A stretch of 37,403 nucleotides of DNA. Source: Thermoplasmata archaeon (GTDB lineage: Archaea > Thermoplasmatota > Thermoplasmata > Lutacidiplasmatales > UBA184). The first letter of the stretch is position 1. Every line of letters starts with the position of its first letter. A program made the position numbers and the translations under genes. Of the stretch, positions 18,996-26,857 are shown in pieces. The notes under the pieces were generated by a model. The model worked only from the letters and a program-made list of their open reading frames with translations, searched no databases and was not told the origin of the DNA. The stretch spans positions 1-37,403 of the forward strand of contig JASHTI010000076.1 of NCBI GenBank assembly GCA_030040625.1, written 5' to 3'.

Positions 18996-19445
18996 ATGCC
19001 GCACGAGGAGACCCGGACCGTCGACCACCAGTATCTGATCCGGGCCTCCCCGGAGCGCGTCTTTGAGGCGCTCACCGATCCCAAGCTCCTCGTCCGCTGG
19101 CTCGCCGACCAGGCCGAGCTGGCGGCGCGCCCGGGAGGGAGCTACCGTCTCGGCTGGACCGATGGCCCCACGCACACCGGCACGATCGTCGAGCTTGAGG
19201 CGGGCCGGGCCGTCGCCCTCTCCTGGGAGTGGCCTGGTGTGACCCTGAGGGGGACGATCCTCCGATTCTCGGTCGAGCCGAGCGGCGAGGGGACCCTCCT
19301 CAAGATCCAGCACACCGGATTCCCGAAGAGGGAGGAGTGGGTCGAGCTCTACGGGGGGGCGGAGTGGGGCTGGACCTACTTCGCGATGAACCTCAAGGCA
19401 CTGCTGGAGACCGGCCACGATCTTCGTTCCCCCAGGGACGGCTGA
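18996..19445 (+). CDS. SRPBCC-superfamily protein (AHSA1 / activator of Hsp90 ATPase-like domain)
   Basis: ATG at 18996. IRASPERVFEALTDPKLLVRWL...GGSYRLGW...GTIVELEAGRAVALSWEW is typical of the AHSA1 family. Confidence 0.8.
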   Translation: MPHEETRTVDHQYLIRASPERVFEALTDPKLLVRWLADQAELAARPGGSYRLGWTDGPTHTGTIVELEAGRAVALSWEWPGVTLRGTILRFSVEPSGEGTLLKIQHTGFPKREEWVELYGGAEWGWTYFAMNLKALLETGHDLRSPRDG

Positions 19446-19487
19446 GGACGGGCCCGTTCACCCGCGCCGCCTCGGCGCACGGAGCCG

Positions 19488-20018
19488 CTAGCGCGAGGCC
19501 GAGGAGTTAGCGGCCGGACGGACCCACGGAGGGGCCGGCAGCTCCGTGCCGTCCAGCTGGGCGGCCAATCGATCGAGAAGGACCCGCATCCCCCGGACGA
19601 AGATCTCGGCGGTGGGGCGCGAGAGCCGCCGGTGGGTCATGATCAGCAGCGTGCCCGCTCCGCTCGGGCTCAGCTCCCACCGCACGGCCGACCGTTCCCC
19701 ACCGGGCTGGCCGGGGCTGGGAGGCAGGTTCCACTCGTACTCGTAGGCCGAAGGGGGCCGCCACTCGAGCACTCGACCGGTGGCGTGCACCCCGTTCGGG
19801 TGCTCCATCTCGAGGCGCCCCCCCACTCCCGGCTCGCGACGTACCTCGGCCATGAACCACTTCGAGATCGCCCGTGGCTCGGTGATCGCTTCCCAGACGA
19901 CCTCCACCGGGTGCCCGAGCCAACGTCGGAACGTCAGGCAGGCCCCGTCTCCCTCGGCTTCGAGCGTCCCGGGAGCCCCCTTGTCGGCCCCGCCACGGGC
20001 CGGCGTCGCCCCGCTCAT
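19488..20018 (-). CDS. SRPBCC-superfamily protein (AHSA1-like), second gene of the ArsR operon
   Basis: FRRWLGHPVEVVWEAITEPRAISKWF...GRVLEWRPPSAYEYEW. Its ATG overlaps the ArsR stop as ATGA on the minus strand at 20015..20018. Confidence 0.8.
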   Translation of the reverse strand: MSGATPARGGADKGAPGTLEAEGDGACLTFRRWLGHPVEVVWEAITEPRAISKWFMAEVRREPGVGGRLEMEHPNGVHATGRVLEWRPPSAYEYEWNLPPSPGQPGGERSAVRWELSPSGAGTLLIMTHRRLSRPTAEIFVRGMRVLLDRLAAQLDGTELPAPPWVRPAANSSASR

Positions 20019-20350
20019 GCGCCGGGACCCGCTCCGGGTCTCTTCCGTGCGTCCAGGTACGCCTCGAGCGAATCGAGCTCGGTCTCCCAGAAGCCCCGGT
20101 ACTTCGAGATCCAGGCGTCGACCTCGCCCAAGCGCTCGGATCGGAGGGAGTAGAATCGGTGACGGCGGTCCTGCCGGACCCGCACCAGTCCTGCCTCGCG
20201 GAGGACCCGGAGATGGCGGGACATCCCCGGCTGGCTGATGTGTGGGAACGCGCGGCCCAACTCGCCCGCCGCACGCTCGCGGCGGGAGAGCAGGTCCAGC
20301 ACCTGTCGACGTGTCGGATCGGCGATGGCGGCGAAGACGTCACGTCGCAT
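20015..20350 (-). CDS. ArsR/SmtB-family winged-helix transcriptional regulator
   Basis: VFAAIADPTRRQVLDLL...AGELGRAFPHISQPGMSRHLRVLREAGLVRVRQDRRHRFYSL. Confidence 0.9.
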   Translation of the reverse strand: MRRDVFAAIADPTRRQVLDLLSRRERAAGELGRAFPHISQPGMSRHLRVLREAGLVRVRQDRRHRFYSLRSERLGEVDAWISKYRGFWETELDSLEAYLDARKRPGAGPGA

Positions 20351-20468
20351 GGCGGTGGACAGCCCATAACGCTCCCGTTAATCATCTAGCGCCTCGGCAC
20401 GGCGTCGCTCGAACGGCGACGGCCACTACCGCGTGGGAATGACCGGTCCCGTTGCGGGCCCAGTGCAC

Positions 20469-20476
20469 AATATATA
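20469..20476 (+). promoter_or_regulatory. TATA-like box (aatatata) in the divergent ArsR / AhpD-like intergenic region
   Basis: This is the only AT-rich patch in a GC-rich spacer. It lies about 56-63 nt upstream of the ATG at 20532. Confidence 0.4.
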
Positions 20477-20531
20477 CCAAGTGTGTTATGTAATCGTGGG
20501 CACGCTAGGTCGCGCCCAGGAACACAGGTCG

Positions 20532-21050
20532 ATGACAGAGTCCCCCGTGACGCCCAAGACACGATTGAAGAATCCCGCGACGATCGTCCCCGAGGCGATG
20601 GCTCCGCTGCAGGGCATCGGCCAGCTGCTGGGGCAACTGCAGGGAAGCGCGGCGCGCGCCCTCTCGCTCGCCATGCTGCGGACCAGCCAGCTGAACGGTT
20701 GCGCGCTCTGCCTCGACGGGAGCTGCCAGATGCTCAGGGCCGGCGGCGAGACCGAGGAACGGCTCCTCGCGGTGTCGGCCTGGAGAGAGTCGACCCGATT
20801 CACGGCGCCCGAACGGGCCGCGCTCGCGCTCGCGGAGGGAATGACCCGGCTCAGCGATCGATCGGACCCTGTCCCGGACCCGGTGTGGGACGAAGCGGCC
20901 CGGCACTTCAGCGAGCGCGAGCTGGCGTTCCTCGTCCTCGGGATCGCGACGCAGAACCTCTACAACCGGATCAACGTGACCACGCGGCAGGTCGCCGCGC
21001 ACTGGGACGAGGAAGCCGCAAAGGCGTGGGCCGCCAAGAGCAAGAACTAG
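20532..21050 (+). CDS. Carboxymuconolactone decarboxylase (AhpD-like) family protein
   Basis: ATG at 20532. RLKNPATIVPEAM..., LRTSQLNGCALCLDGS, GETEERLLAVSAWRES..FTAPERAALALAE..TRLSD..DPVPD.VWDEAARHF. This matches the roughly 170-aa CMD family I remember with the core NGCxxCxDMH. Confidence 0.8.
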   Translation: MTESPVTPKTRLKNPATIVPEAMAPLQGIGQLLGQLQGSAARALSLAMLRTSQLNGCALCLDGSCQMLRAGGETEERLLAVSAWRESTRFTAPERAALALAEGMTRLSDRSDPVPDPVWDEAARHFSERELAFLVLGIATQNLYNRINVTTRQVAAHWDEEAAKAWAAKSKN

Positions 21051-21153
21051 GGCCGTACCGGGAGGGCGCGTTTCCCCCGACAGCCGCCGGGACACGGGGC
21101 CGAGGGCCCGGAGGGGCCGTTAGCGATAAGCCGATCCGGGCTCCGCCGCCGGC

Positions 21154-21909
21154 ATGTGCCACACGGACGACTCCCGGGCGCCGGAGCCCCCCCAGCGGGG
21201 ACCGGTCGGGGCCCGGACCGAGCTGGAGCTGCGGTCGCGGGACGGCGCTGCCTTCCGGGCGTACTCCGCCGAGCCGGCGGGCCCCGCGGGCGCCGGCCTG
21301 GTGATCCTACCGGATGTCCGGGGCCTGCACCCCTACTACGAGGACCTGGCCGTCCGCTTCGCGGAGGCCGGCTTCCGCGCGATCGCCGTCGACTACTACG
21401 GTCGGACGGCCGGCGTTCAGCGGCGGGACGACGCGTTCGAGTGGAAGCCGCACTTCGAGAAGGCGACCTCGGAAGGGGTGGCGCACGACGTACGGGCTGC
21501 GGTCGAGCGGCTCCGCAAGGACTCCGGGAACCCGCGGCTCCCGATCTTCACGGTCGGCTTCTGCTTCGGGGGCGCGAACTCCTGGCGCCAGTCCGGCGAC
21601 ACTCCCGGACTCGCCGGCTGCATCGGATTCTACGGCGGTCGACCGATGGAGCGCGCCGGCGCGGCGATCCCGGCGATGAAGGCCCCCCTCCTCATGCTCC
21701 TGGCCGGCGACGACAAGGGGACCCCGGCGAGCGAGTTCGAGGAGTTCGCGCGCCAGGTCCGCGCACGGGGCGTCGAGGTGGAGGCGCACACCTATCCCGG
21801 GGCGCCCCACAGCTTCTTCGACCGATCCTTCGCCGAGCACCGCGAGGCCTGCCAGGACTCCTGGCGGCGAATCCTCGAGTTCACGGGACGGCACTCCAAG
21901 GCGGCCTGA
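21154..21909 (+). CDS. Dienelactone hydrolase family protein
   Basis: GLVILPDVRGLHPYYEDLAVRFAEAGFRAIAVDYYGR. Nucleophile motif GFCFGG. C-terminal YPGAPHSF carries the His. Confidence 0.85.
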   Translation: MCHTDDSRAPEPPQRGPVGARTELELRSRDGAAFRAYSAEPAGPAGAGLVILPDVRGLHPYYEDLAVRFAEAGFRAIAVDYYGRTAGVQRRDDAFEWKPHFEKATSEGVAHDVRAAVERLRKDSGNPRLPIFTVGFCFGGANSWRQSGDTPGLAGCIGFYGGRPMERAGAAIPAMKAPLLMLLAGDDKGTPASEFEEFARQVRARGVEVEAHTYPGAPHSFFDRSFAEHREACQDSWRRILEFTGRHSKAA

Positions 21910-22002
21910 TCCTGCTCTCGCGGCGGGCCGTCGCGCCGGTATTCCCGGTCCGTCGGGCCGGAAGGCGGTCGGAGGACGCGCGGGACGGTGAGCCGCGTTC
22001 CG

Positions 22003-22251
22003 CTAGCCTTGATGGACCTCGTGGACCTCGTCCGCCAGGAGCCCGTGGGCTTCCTTGTGGACGCGGGCGGCGGCCTCCGGATTCGGCGCCTCCACCAGGC
22101 AGAAGATCATCCCAGCCTTCTCGTCGACCCAGTAGCGCTTGAAGTCCACACCGTGCTTGCCCTGAACCTTCAGGTCCTTGGCGTGCGCTTCGGCGACGGC
22201 GGCGCTGGTGACACCCTTCATGTTCCGATGAACGTCCATGTACAGCGGCAT
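22003..22251 (-). CDS. DUF4242-family small protein (SCO4226-like)
   Basis: Trimmed to ATG 22251. MPLYMDVHRNMKGVTSAAVAEAHAKDLKVQGKHGVDFKRYWVDEKAGMIFCLVEAPN is characteristic of DUF4242. Confidence 0.7.
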   Translation of the reverse strand: MPLYMDVHRNMKGVTSAAVAEAHAKDLKVQGKHGVDFKRYWVDEKAGMIFCLVEAPNPEAAARVHKEAHGLLADEVHEVHQG

Positions 22252-22371
22252 CGGCGCTGCGACCTCGGCTGCCCCGATAAATCTTTGGAACGCTCGCGCC
22301 CGGCGCCGTAGCGATCGATCGCGCCACCCGCGCATCGGGGGCCTTGCATCGCCCGAGGCGAGGACCTCAGC

Positions 22372-22923
22372 TCAGCAGGCGGCGTCGATGTAGAGGGGCA
22401 TCGAGTAGGTGCCCCCGGCGTCGGGCGCCCGGATCTCGAGGCTGAGCAGCGTGAACCAGTCGCTCCCGTGCTCCGGGCTCACGACGATCTTGCCGAGGAT
22501 CGTCGTCGGGAGGGCGCCGGAGGCCCAGTGAGTGGCATTGTTCCGGACCGAGAGGGTCTCCAGGACGAACGGAGGCGCCGTGGAGATCGACCAGACGGTG
22601 CAGTTCGTGGTGAGGTTGTCGCTGAGGTAGGCACCGATCTCACCCGACGTCCCCGCGGGAAGACTGAGCGGGTAGGGTGAGCCGCCGCTCCAGCTCCAGC
22701 CCCCGCCGAGGGGGTCCTGGGCGGCGACCGCAGGGTCGGTGTACGTGAACTGGAAGGTCAAGCCGGAGACATGGACGATCGGCGTCGGGGGGCTCGCCAG
22801 GTGGGCGCCGAACGAAGCGCTGACCAGGCCCGCTGCCACTACGAGCCCGGCGATGATGTAGATCCTGCGCCAACGCGAGCGCGGTGGGGAAGCGAGAGCC
22901 GGAGGCCCAGGCGTCCCGGACAC
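22372..22923 (-). CDS. N-terminally anchored extracytoplasmic protein, hypothetical
   Basis: GTG start. RWRRIYIIAGLVVAAGLVSASF is a signal-anchor. The rest is beta-rich with NLT, NCT and NAT sequons and the protein ends in a Cys. Confidence 0.6.
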   Translation of the reverse strand: MSGTPGPPALASPPRSRWRRIYIIAGLVVAAGLVSASFGAHLASPPTPIVHVSGLTFQFTYTDPAVAAQDPLGGGWSWSGGSPYPLSLPAGTSGEIGAYLSDNLTTNCTVWSISTAPPFVLETLSVRNNATHWASGALPTTILGKIVVSPEHGSDWFTLLSLEIRAPDAGGTYSMPLYIDAAC

Positions 22924-23175
22924 TTTCGGACCTAGCCCTCCAACGCCTAGGGTCTACAAGAACCGGCGGTCAGCGATAGCTCTGTATCCAAACTCCATTT
23001 CGTCTCGAGCTACGGGGTGTCTTCACCGTTCATCCTCCATCGGCGTCGATCCACTCACTCCCTGACGCGTCGAACTGCGGGTCGTGGACCCGCGTTGTGC
23101 CTTGGGTGGGAGCCGCGGTGGACCGACGGGAGCAGCCGCCTTGGACCCCTGAGACTCGGGGCCCCTTGGGACTCG

Positions 23176-23829
23176 CTAGGGTGCGCTCGCCGGCTTCGCT
23201 GGCTCAGGTTTGGGCGGTGACCCGCGGGCAGTGGCGTAGCGCAGGAAGATCGCCCCGGACCGGAACGGCCGAGACTCTAGGAGACGGAAGTCGTGACGGC
23301 CGGGCGCCCCGAGGGGGACGATATCGTCGTGGTGGTCCAGCGTGGCCTCGGTGCGGAACAGGGGCAGGCCCCGCCCGATGAGGCTCGGAGAGACCGTCAA
23401 GCAGAGCTCGTCGGCGAGGTCCTCCGCCAGCACGGACTGAACGAAACGGGCGCCGCCCGCGACGATGATGTCCTTTCCCGGCAGAGATCTCAATCGGGCG
23501 ATCTCCTCCGCGACCGGGCCACGGAAGATCCTGGAGTTGGACCACGTGGCCGAACGGAGGGTCTTGGAGAAGACGACCTTCTCCACCCGGGTGGAGAACC
23601 GGGCGAACGCTCTCCAGTGTTCATTCTCGTCGTCGACGTGCGACGGCCAGAACCCAGCCCAGGCCTCGTAGGTGGTTCTTCCGAGAAGCAGGGTGTCGGT
23701 ATTGGCCATGGGGCCGTCCCACATCGCCTCCCAGAACTGGCGGTCCCCTTCGGGGTCGTCCGGGCCATCGGCGAGCGCGGCAAATCCGTCCAGCGTCATG
23801 TACATCGTGACTCGGACCGTCCTCGGCAT
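23176..23829 (-). CDS. Dihydrofolate reductase-like (RibD C-terminal domain) family protein, paralogue A
   Basis: ATG at 23829. VTMYMTLDGFAA, DTLLLGRTTYEAWAGFWP, KVVFSKTL, IIVAGGARFVQSVLAEDLADELCLTVSPSLIG. Confidence 0.8.
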   Translation of the reverse strand: MPRTVRVTMYMTLDGFAALADGPDDPEGDRQFWEAMWDGPMANTDTLLLGRTTYEAWAGFWPSHVDDENEHWRAFARFSTRVEKVVFSKTLRSATWSNSRIFRGPVAEEIARLRSLPGKDIIVAGGARFVQSVLAEDLADELCLTVSPSLIGRGLPLFRTEATLDHHDDIVPLGAPGRHDFRLLESRPFRSGAIFLRYATARGSPPKPEPAKPASAP

Positions 23830-24139
23830 CGCCTCGCTCCTGTGACGGACCCAGCGCGAGCGAGGCTTAACCCATCCAGCGACCACGATGACGGGGCACT
23901 CGTGTGCGGTCGCGGCCGCCCGGGCGGCTTACGTAGTTCACTTCGCGGGATGGTATTCACCGCACACGAGATCGCCCACCGCCCGGCACCGACGGACCCC
24001 CTGCATGCCGGAGCCTATCCGCTGCGCGGAAGGCCATTGCCGGGCGGCTTGGAGCCGATGGTGCCGATCCGCTGTTCAGGCACTTCCGGGGGAACGCGGG
24101 TCGCACTGGCGACCCGACCCTTTCCGTTTCGTCGCCCGG

Positions 24140-24424
24140 TCAGGGCTTGGTCGGGGGAGACCCTTGGGTCGAGCCCGCTTCCAGCCCTTCCTTCATGGCC
24201 AGGACCGGAATGACGTGCACCATCGGCTGACCGGTGATCCCGACCAGCAGCCGGTCCATCCCCATCAGGAACAGGCCCAGCGCCAGCAGGAGGATCAGGA
24301 GCCACAGGGCGAGCACCGGCTCCACCAGCACGACGAGCGCGACGGTGAGGGAGAGAACGCCTACAATAACGGCGAAAACTCGGTACCACATCGGCAGCTT
24401 CGGGGGAGGGACAGACGTGTGCAT
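24140..24424 (-). CDS. Small two/three-TM membrane protein (DUF308/HdeD-like style)
   Basis: WYRVFAVIVGVLSLTVALVVLVEPVLALWLLILLLALGLFLMGMDRLLVGITG. The family call is tentative. Confidence 0.55.
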   Translation of the reverse strand: MHTSVPPPKLPMWYRVFAVIVGVLSLTVALVVLVEPVLALWLLILLLALGLFLMGMDRLLVGITGQPMVHVIPVLAMKEGLEAGSTQGSPPTKP

Positions 24425-24799
24425 TTCGCCGGTTCACTGCTCTCCCACCGATAAACTCACCGTTTTGGGCCACACGGCCCCGGGCTGCTCCCAAAGGATC
24501 CCCGGTGGCGGGGCGGGTGCCGCTCGAGCGTCAGGGTCCTGGAGGGTCAGCGACACCCTCTTGGAGCGAGCTCCGAGCCCGAACAGTGCGGGGTTCCGTC
24601 GGCGCATCCTCGCGCGACGCGCACCGGACGGCCCGGGGGATGCGCTCGGCTCCTTGGGCTATCGCCGAGCCACCCGGCCGTCGCCGGCTTCGCGACGCGG
24701 ACCGATCGGCTGAGGCCCGAGGAAAGCCGTCGCAGCTTCGGATCTCGGCCCGGTCGCTGCGAGGGCTAATGCCCTGTTCCGGGGTGGCTGCTCACCCCG

Positions 24800-26710
24800 A
24801 TGCCCCGGCGACTTTCGGCGATCATGTTCACCGACATCGTCGGCTTCACGCCGCTGACCCAGGACGACGAGCGAGGGGCGCTACGCGTGCTCCAGGAGCA
24901 GGAGGAACTCGTATCGCCTCTGCTGGCCGCGCACCAGGGGCGGAAGATCAAGTCGATCGGAGACGGGCTCCTCATCGAGTTCGAGGACGCGCTCGACGCC
25001 GTAGAGTGCGGAGTGGAGCTTCAACTGCGCCTGAGGGCACGAAATCGAGGGGAGGGGGTCCGGTCGTTCCGGATCCGGGTCGGCATTCACCTCGGAGACG
25101 TTCAGCGACAGGGCGATGACATCCTCGGCGATGCGGTGAACATCGCCTCGCGCATCGTCCCGCTGGCCGAGCCGGGAGGTGTGTGCATCTCCGAGCATGT
25201 GGCGGCCCAGGTGCGGAACAAGGTCGCCTACCGCCTCGAGGACCTGGGCCGACGGTCCCTGAAGGGGGTTCGCGAGCCGGTCACGCTCTACCGGGTCCTG
25301 CTACCGGGCACCGGCCCCGAGACGCTCTCCCCTTCCGCCGGGGTGCCCCGCCTCGCGGTTCTCCCGTTCGCCAACATCAGTCCGGACCCTAAGGACGAGT
25401 ACTTCGCCGATGGCCTCACCGAGGAACTCATCACGACGCTCTCTCAGCTGCACAACCTCCAGGTGATCGCGCGTACCTCGGTGATGCAGTACCGCGCCGC
25501 ACCGAAGTCGATCGCCCAGGTCGGAGCGGAACTCGGGGTGAGCGCGGTCCTCGAGGGCAGCGTCCGAAAGGCCGATCGGCAGCTCCGGATCACGGTCCAG
25601 CTCATCGACGTCGCCTCCCAGGCGCACACGTGGGCGAGCACCTACGATCGGACCCTCGACGACATCTTCGCGATCCAGACCGAGGTGGCGAAGCGGATCG
25701 CCGAGGCGCTGAAGGTTCGACTGGCGGCGACCGAGGAGCGCCGGCTCGAAAAGGCGCCCCGGGTCGACCCCGACTCCTATCTGGCCTACCTCCGGGGCCG
25801 CAACGTCCTCCGATCCTCGTACCGGGAGGAGGTGATGGCGTCGGCTGGGAAGGAGTTCCAGACCGCGATCGCCCTCGATCCGCGGAACGCCATGGCCTAC
25901 TCGGCGCTCGCCGATGTCACGAACCTCAGCGGTGCGTTCTACCGCCGCGAGAGTCGAGCGAGCTGGACCGCCGACTCTCGCCCCCTCGCGGAGAAGGCCC
26001 TGGAGCTCGATCCGAACCTCGCCGAGGCGCACGCCTCGCTGGGACTGATCCTCTACAACAACACCGAGTGGACCGCGGCGGAGAAGGAGTTCGAGATCGC
26101 GCTCGACCTGAGCCCGAGCTACTCGGCGGCGCGGGTCTACTACGGCGCCCTGCTCATGGAGGAGGGGCGCCCGGACCAGGCGCTCCGCGAACTGGCCCTG
26201 GCGGAGGCCTCCGACCCGCTCTGGGCCAGCTGCGTCGACTTCCACACGCGATTTCTCGTAACCGTGCGAAGGATGGTGGAGGCGAAGACGAGCCTGGATC
26301 ACCTGCGCACCCTCGACCCGGCCGGTCTCCTGTACTACGGGGCGCTGGCGTACTACCATCTGGCCAACGGCGATCTCGCGCAGGCGTTGCCGGCCGTCGG
26401 GCGCGCCGAAGGGCAGCGCCCCGGCTCTGAGTGGTTCTGGCGGCTCGCCTACCTCTGCCAGAGCGGAGCCGTAGCGGAGGCGAGGACGCTTCTGGCGGAG
26501 GTCGAGGCGAGGCCCGCTCCGGAACCCATCTCGACCCGCGCGCAGGGACATGCCCTGCTGGGCGACCTGGACGGCTGCTTTCGGCTGCTGGAGCAAGGCG
26601 CCCGGGAGGGAGTTCTCTCCCTGCAGTACCTTCGGAACGACCCGTGGTTCGAATCCGTCCGAGCCGACCCGCGGTTCGGTCGGATCCTGAAGGAACTGAA
26701 CCTTCCCTGA
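24800..26710 (+). CDS. Class III adenylate cyclase domain + TolB-N-like module + TPR repeats, paralogue A
   Basis: Metal-binding Asp residues in IMFTDIVGFT and IKSIGDGLLIEF. The Lys of KSIGD suggests ATP specificity. Transition-state Asn/Arg in GDAVNIASRI. Then AVLPFANISPDPKDEYFADGLTEELI...VLEGSVRKADRQLRITVQLID, followed by about 300 aa of TPR-like helices. Confidence 0.85.
   Translation: MPRRLSAIMFTDIVGFTPLTQDDERGALRVLQEQEELVSPLLAAHQGRKIKSIGDGLLIEFEDALDAVECGVELQLRLRARNRGEGVRSFRIRVGIHLGDVQRQGDDILGDAVNIASRIVPLAEPGGVCISEHVAAQVRNKVAYRLEDLGRRSLKGVREPVTLYRVLLPGTGPETLSPSAGVPRLAVLPFANISPDPKDEYFADGLTEELITTLSQLHNLQVIARTSVMQYRAAPKSIAQVGAELGVSAVLEGSVRKADRQLRITVQLIDVASQAHTWASTYDRTLDDIFAIQTEVAKRIAEALKVRLAATEERRLEKAPRVDPDSYLAYLRGRNVLRSSYREEVMASAGKEFQTAIALDPRNAMAYSALADVTNLSGAFYRRESRASWTADSRPLAEKALELDPNLAEAHASLGLILYNNTEWTAAEKEFEIALDLSPSYSAARVYYGALLMEEGRPDQALRELALAEASDPLWASCVDFHTRFLVTVRRMVEAKTSLDHLRTLDPAGLLYYGALAYYHLANGDLAQALPAVGRAEGQRPGSEWFWRLAYLCQSGAVAEARTLLAEVEARPAPEPISTRAQGHALLGDLDGCFRLLEQGAREGVLSLQYLRNDPWFESVRADPRFGRILKELNLP
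25361..25413. repeat. Left copy of an inverted nucleotide match shared with 37071..37123
   Basis: 25361..25389 (ctcccgttcgccaacatcagtccggaccc) is the exact reverse complement of 37095..37123. 25394..25413 (gacgagtacttcgccgatgg) is the exact reverse complement of 37071..37090. Compared by hand. Confidence 0.85.
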
Positions 26711-26857
26711 GCGCGGGCCGACGGGGCCTCCGCGCCCGCCGCCGCCTCACGTAGGGAAGTCGACGTTACGAAGATGGGTGTCGTTATCTACCGCGGCCTT
26801 CCGCCGGCCCGAAGGTAAGGGCGAGCCGCGACGGCGCTCGCCGGTAGGGAGAGCAGC

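Noticed and set aside
23077-23093. Perfect hairpin gcgggtc-gtg-gacccgc in the 252-nt spacer between 22923 and 23176.
   Set aside because: It is isolated and has no adjacent T-tract. It lies between the 5' end of one minus-strand gene and the 3' end of another, so I could not support a terminator or ncRNA call. Short GC hairpins are expected by chance at this composition.
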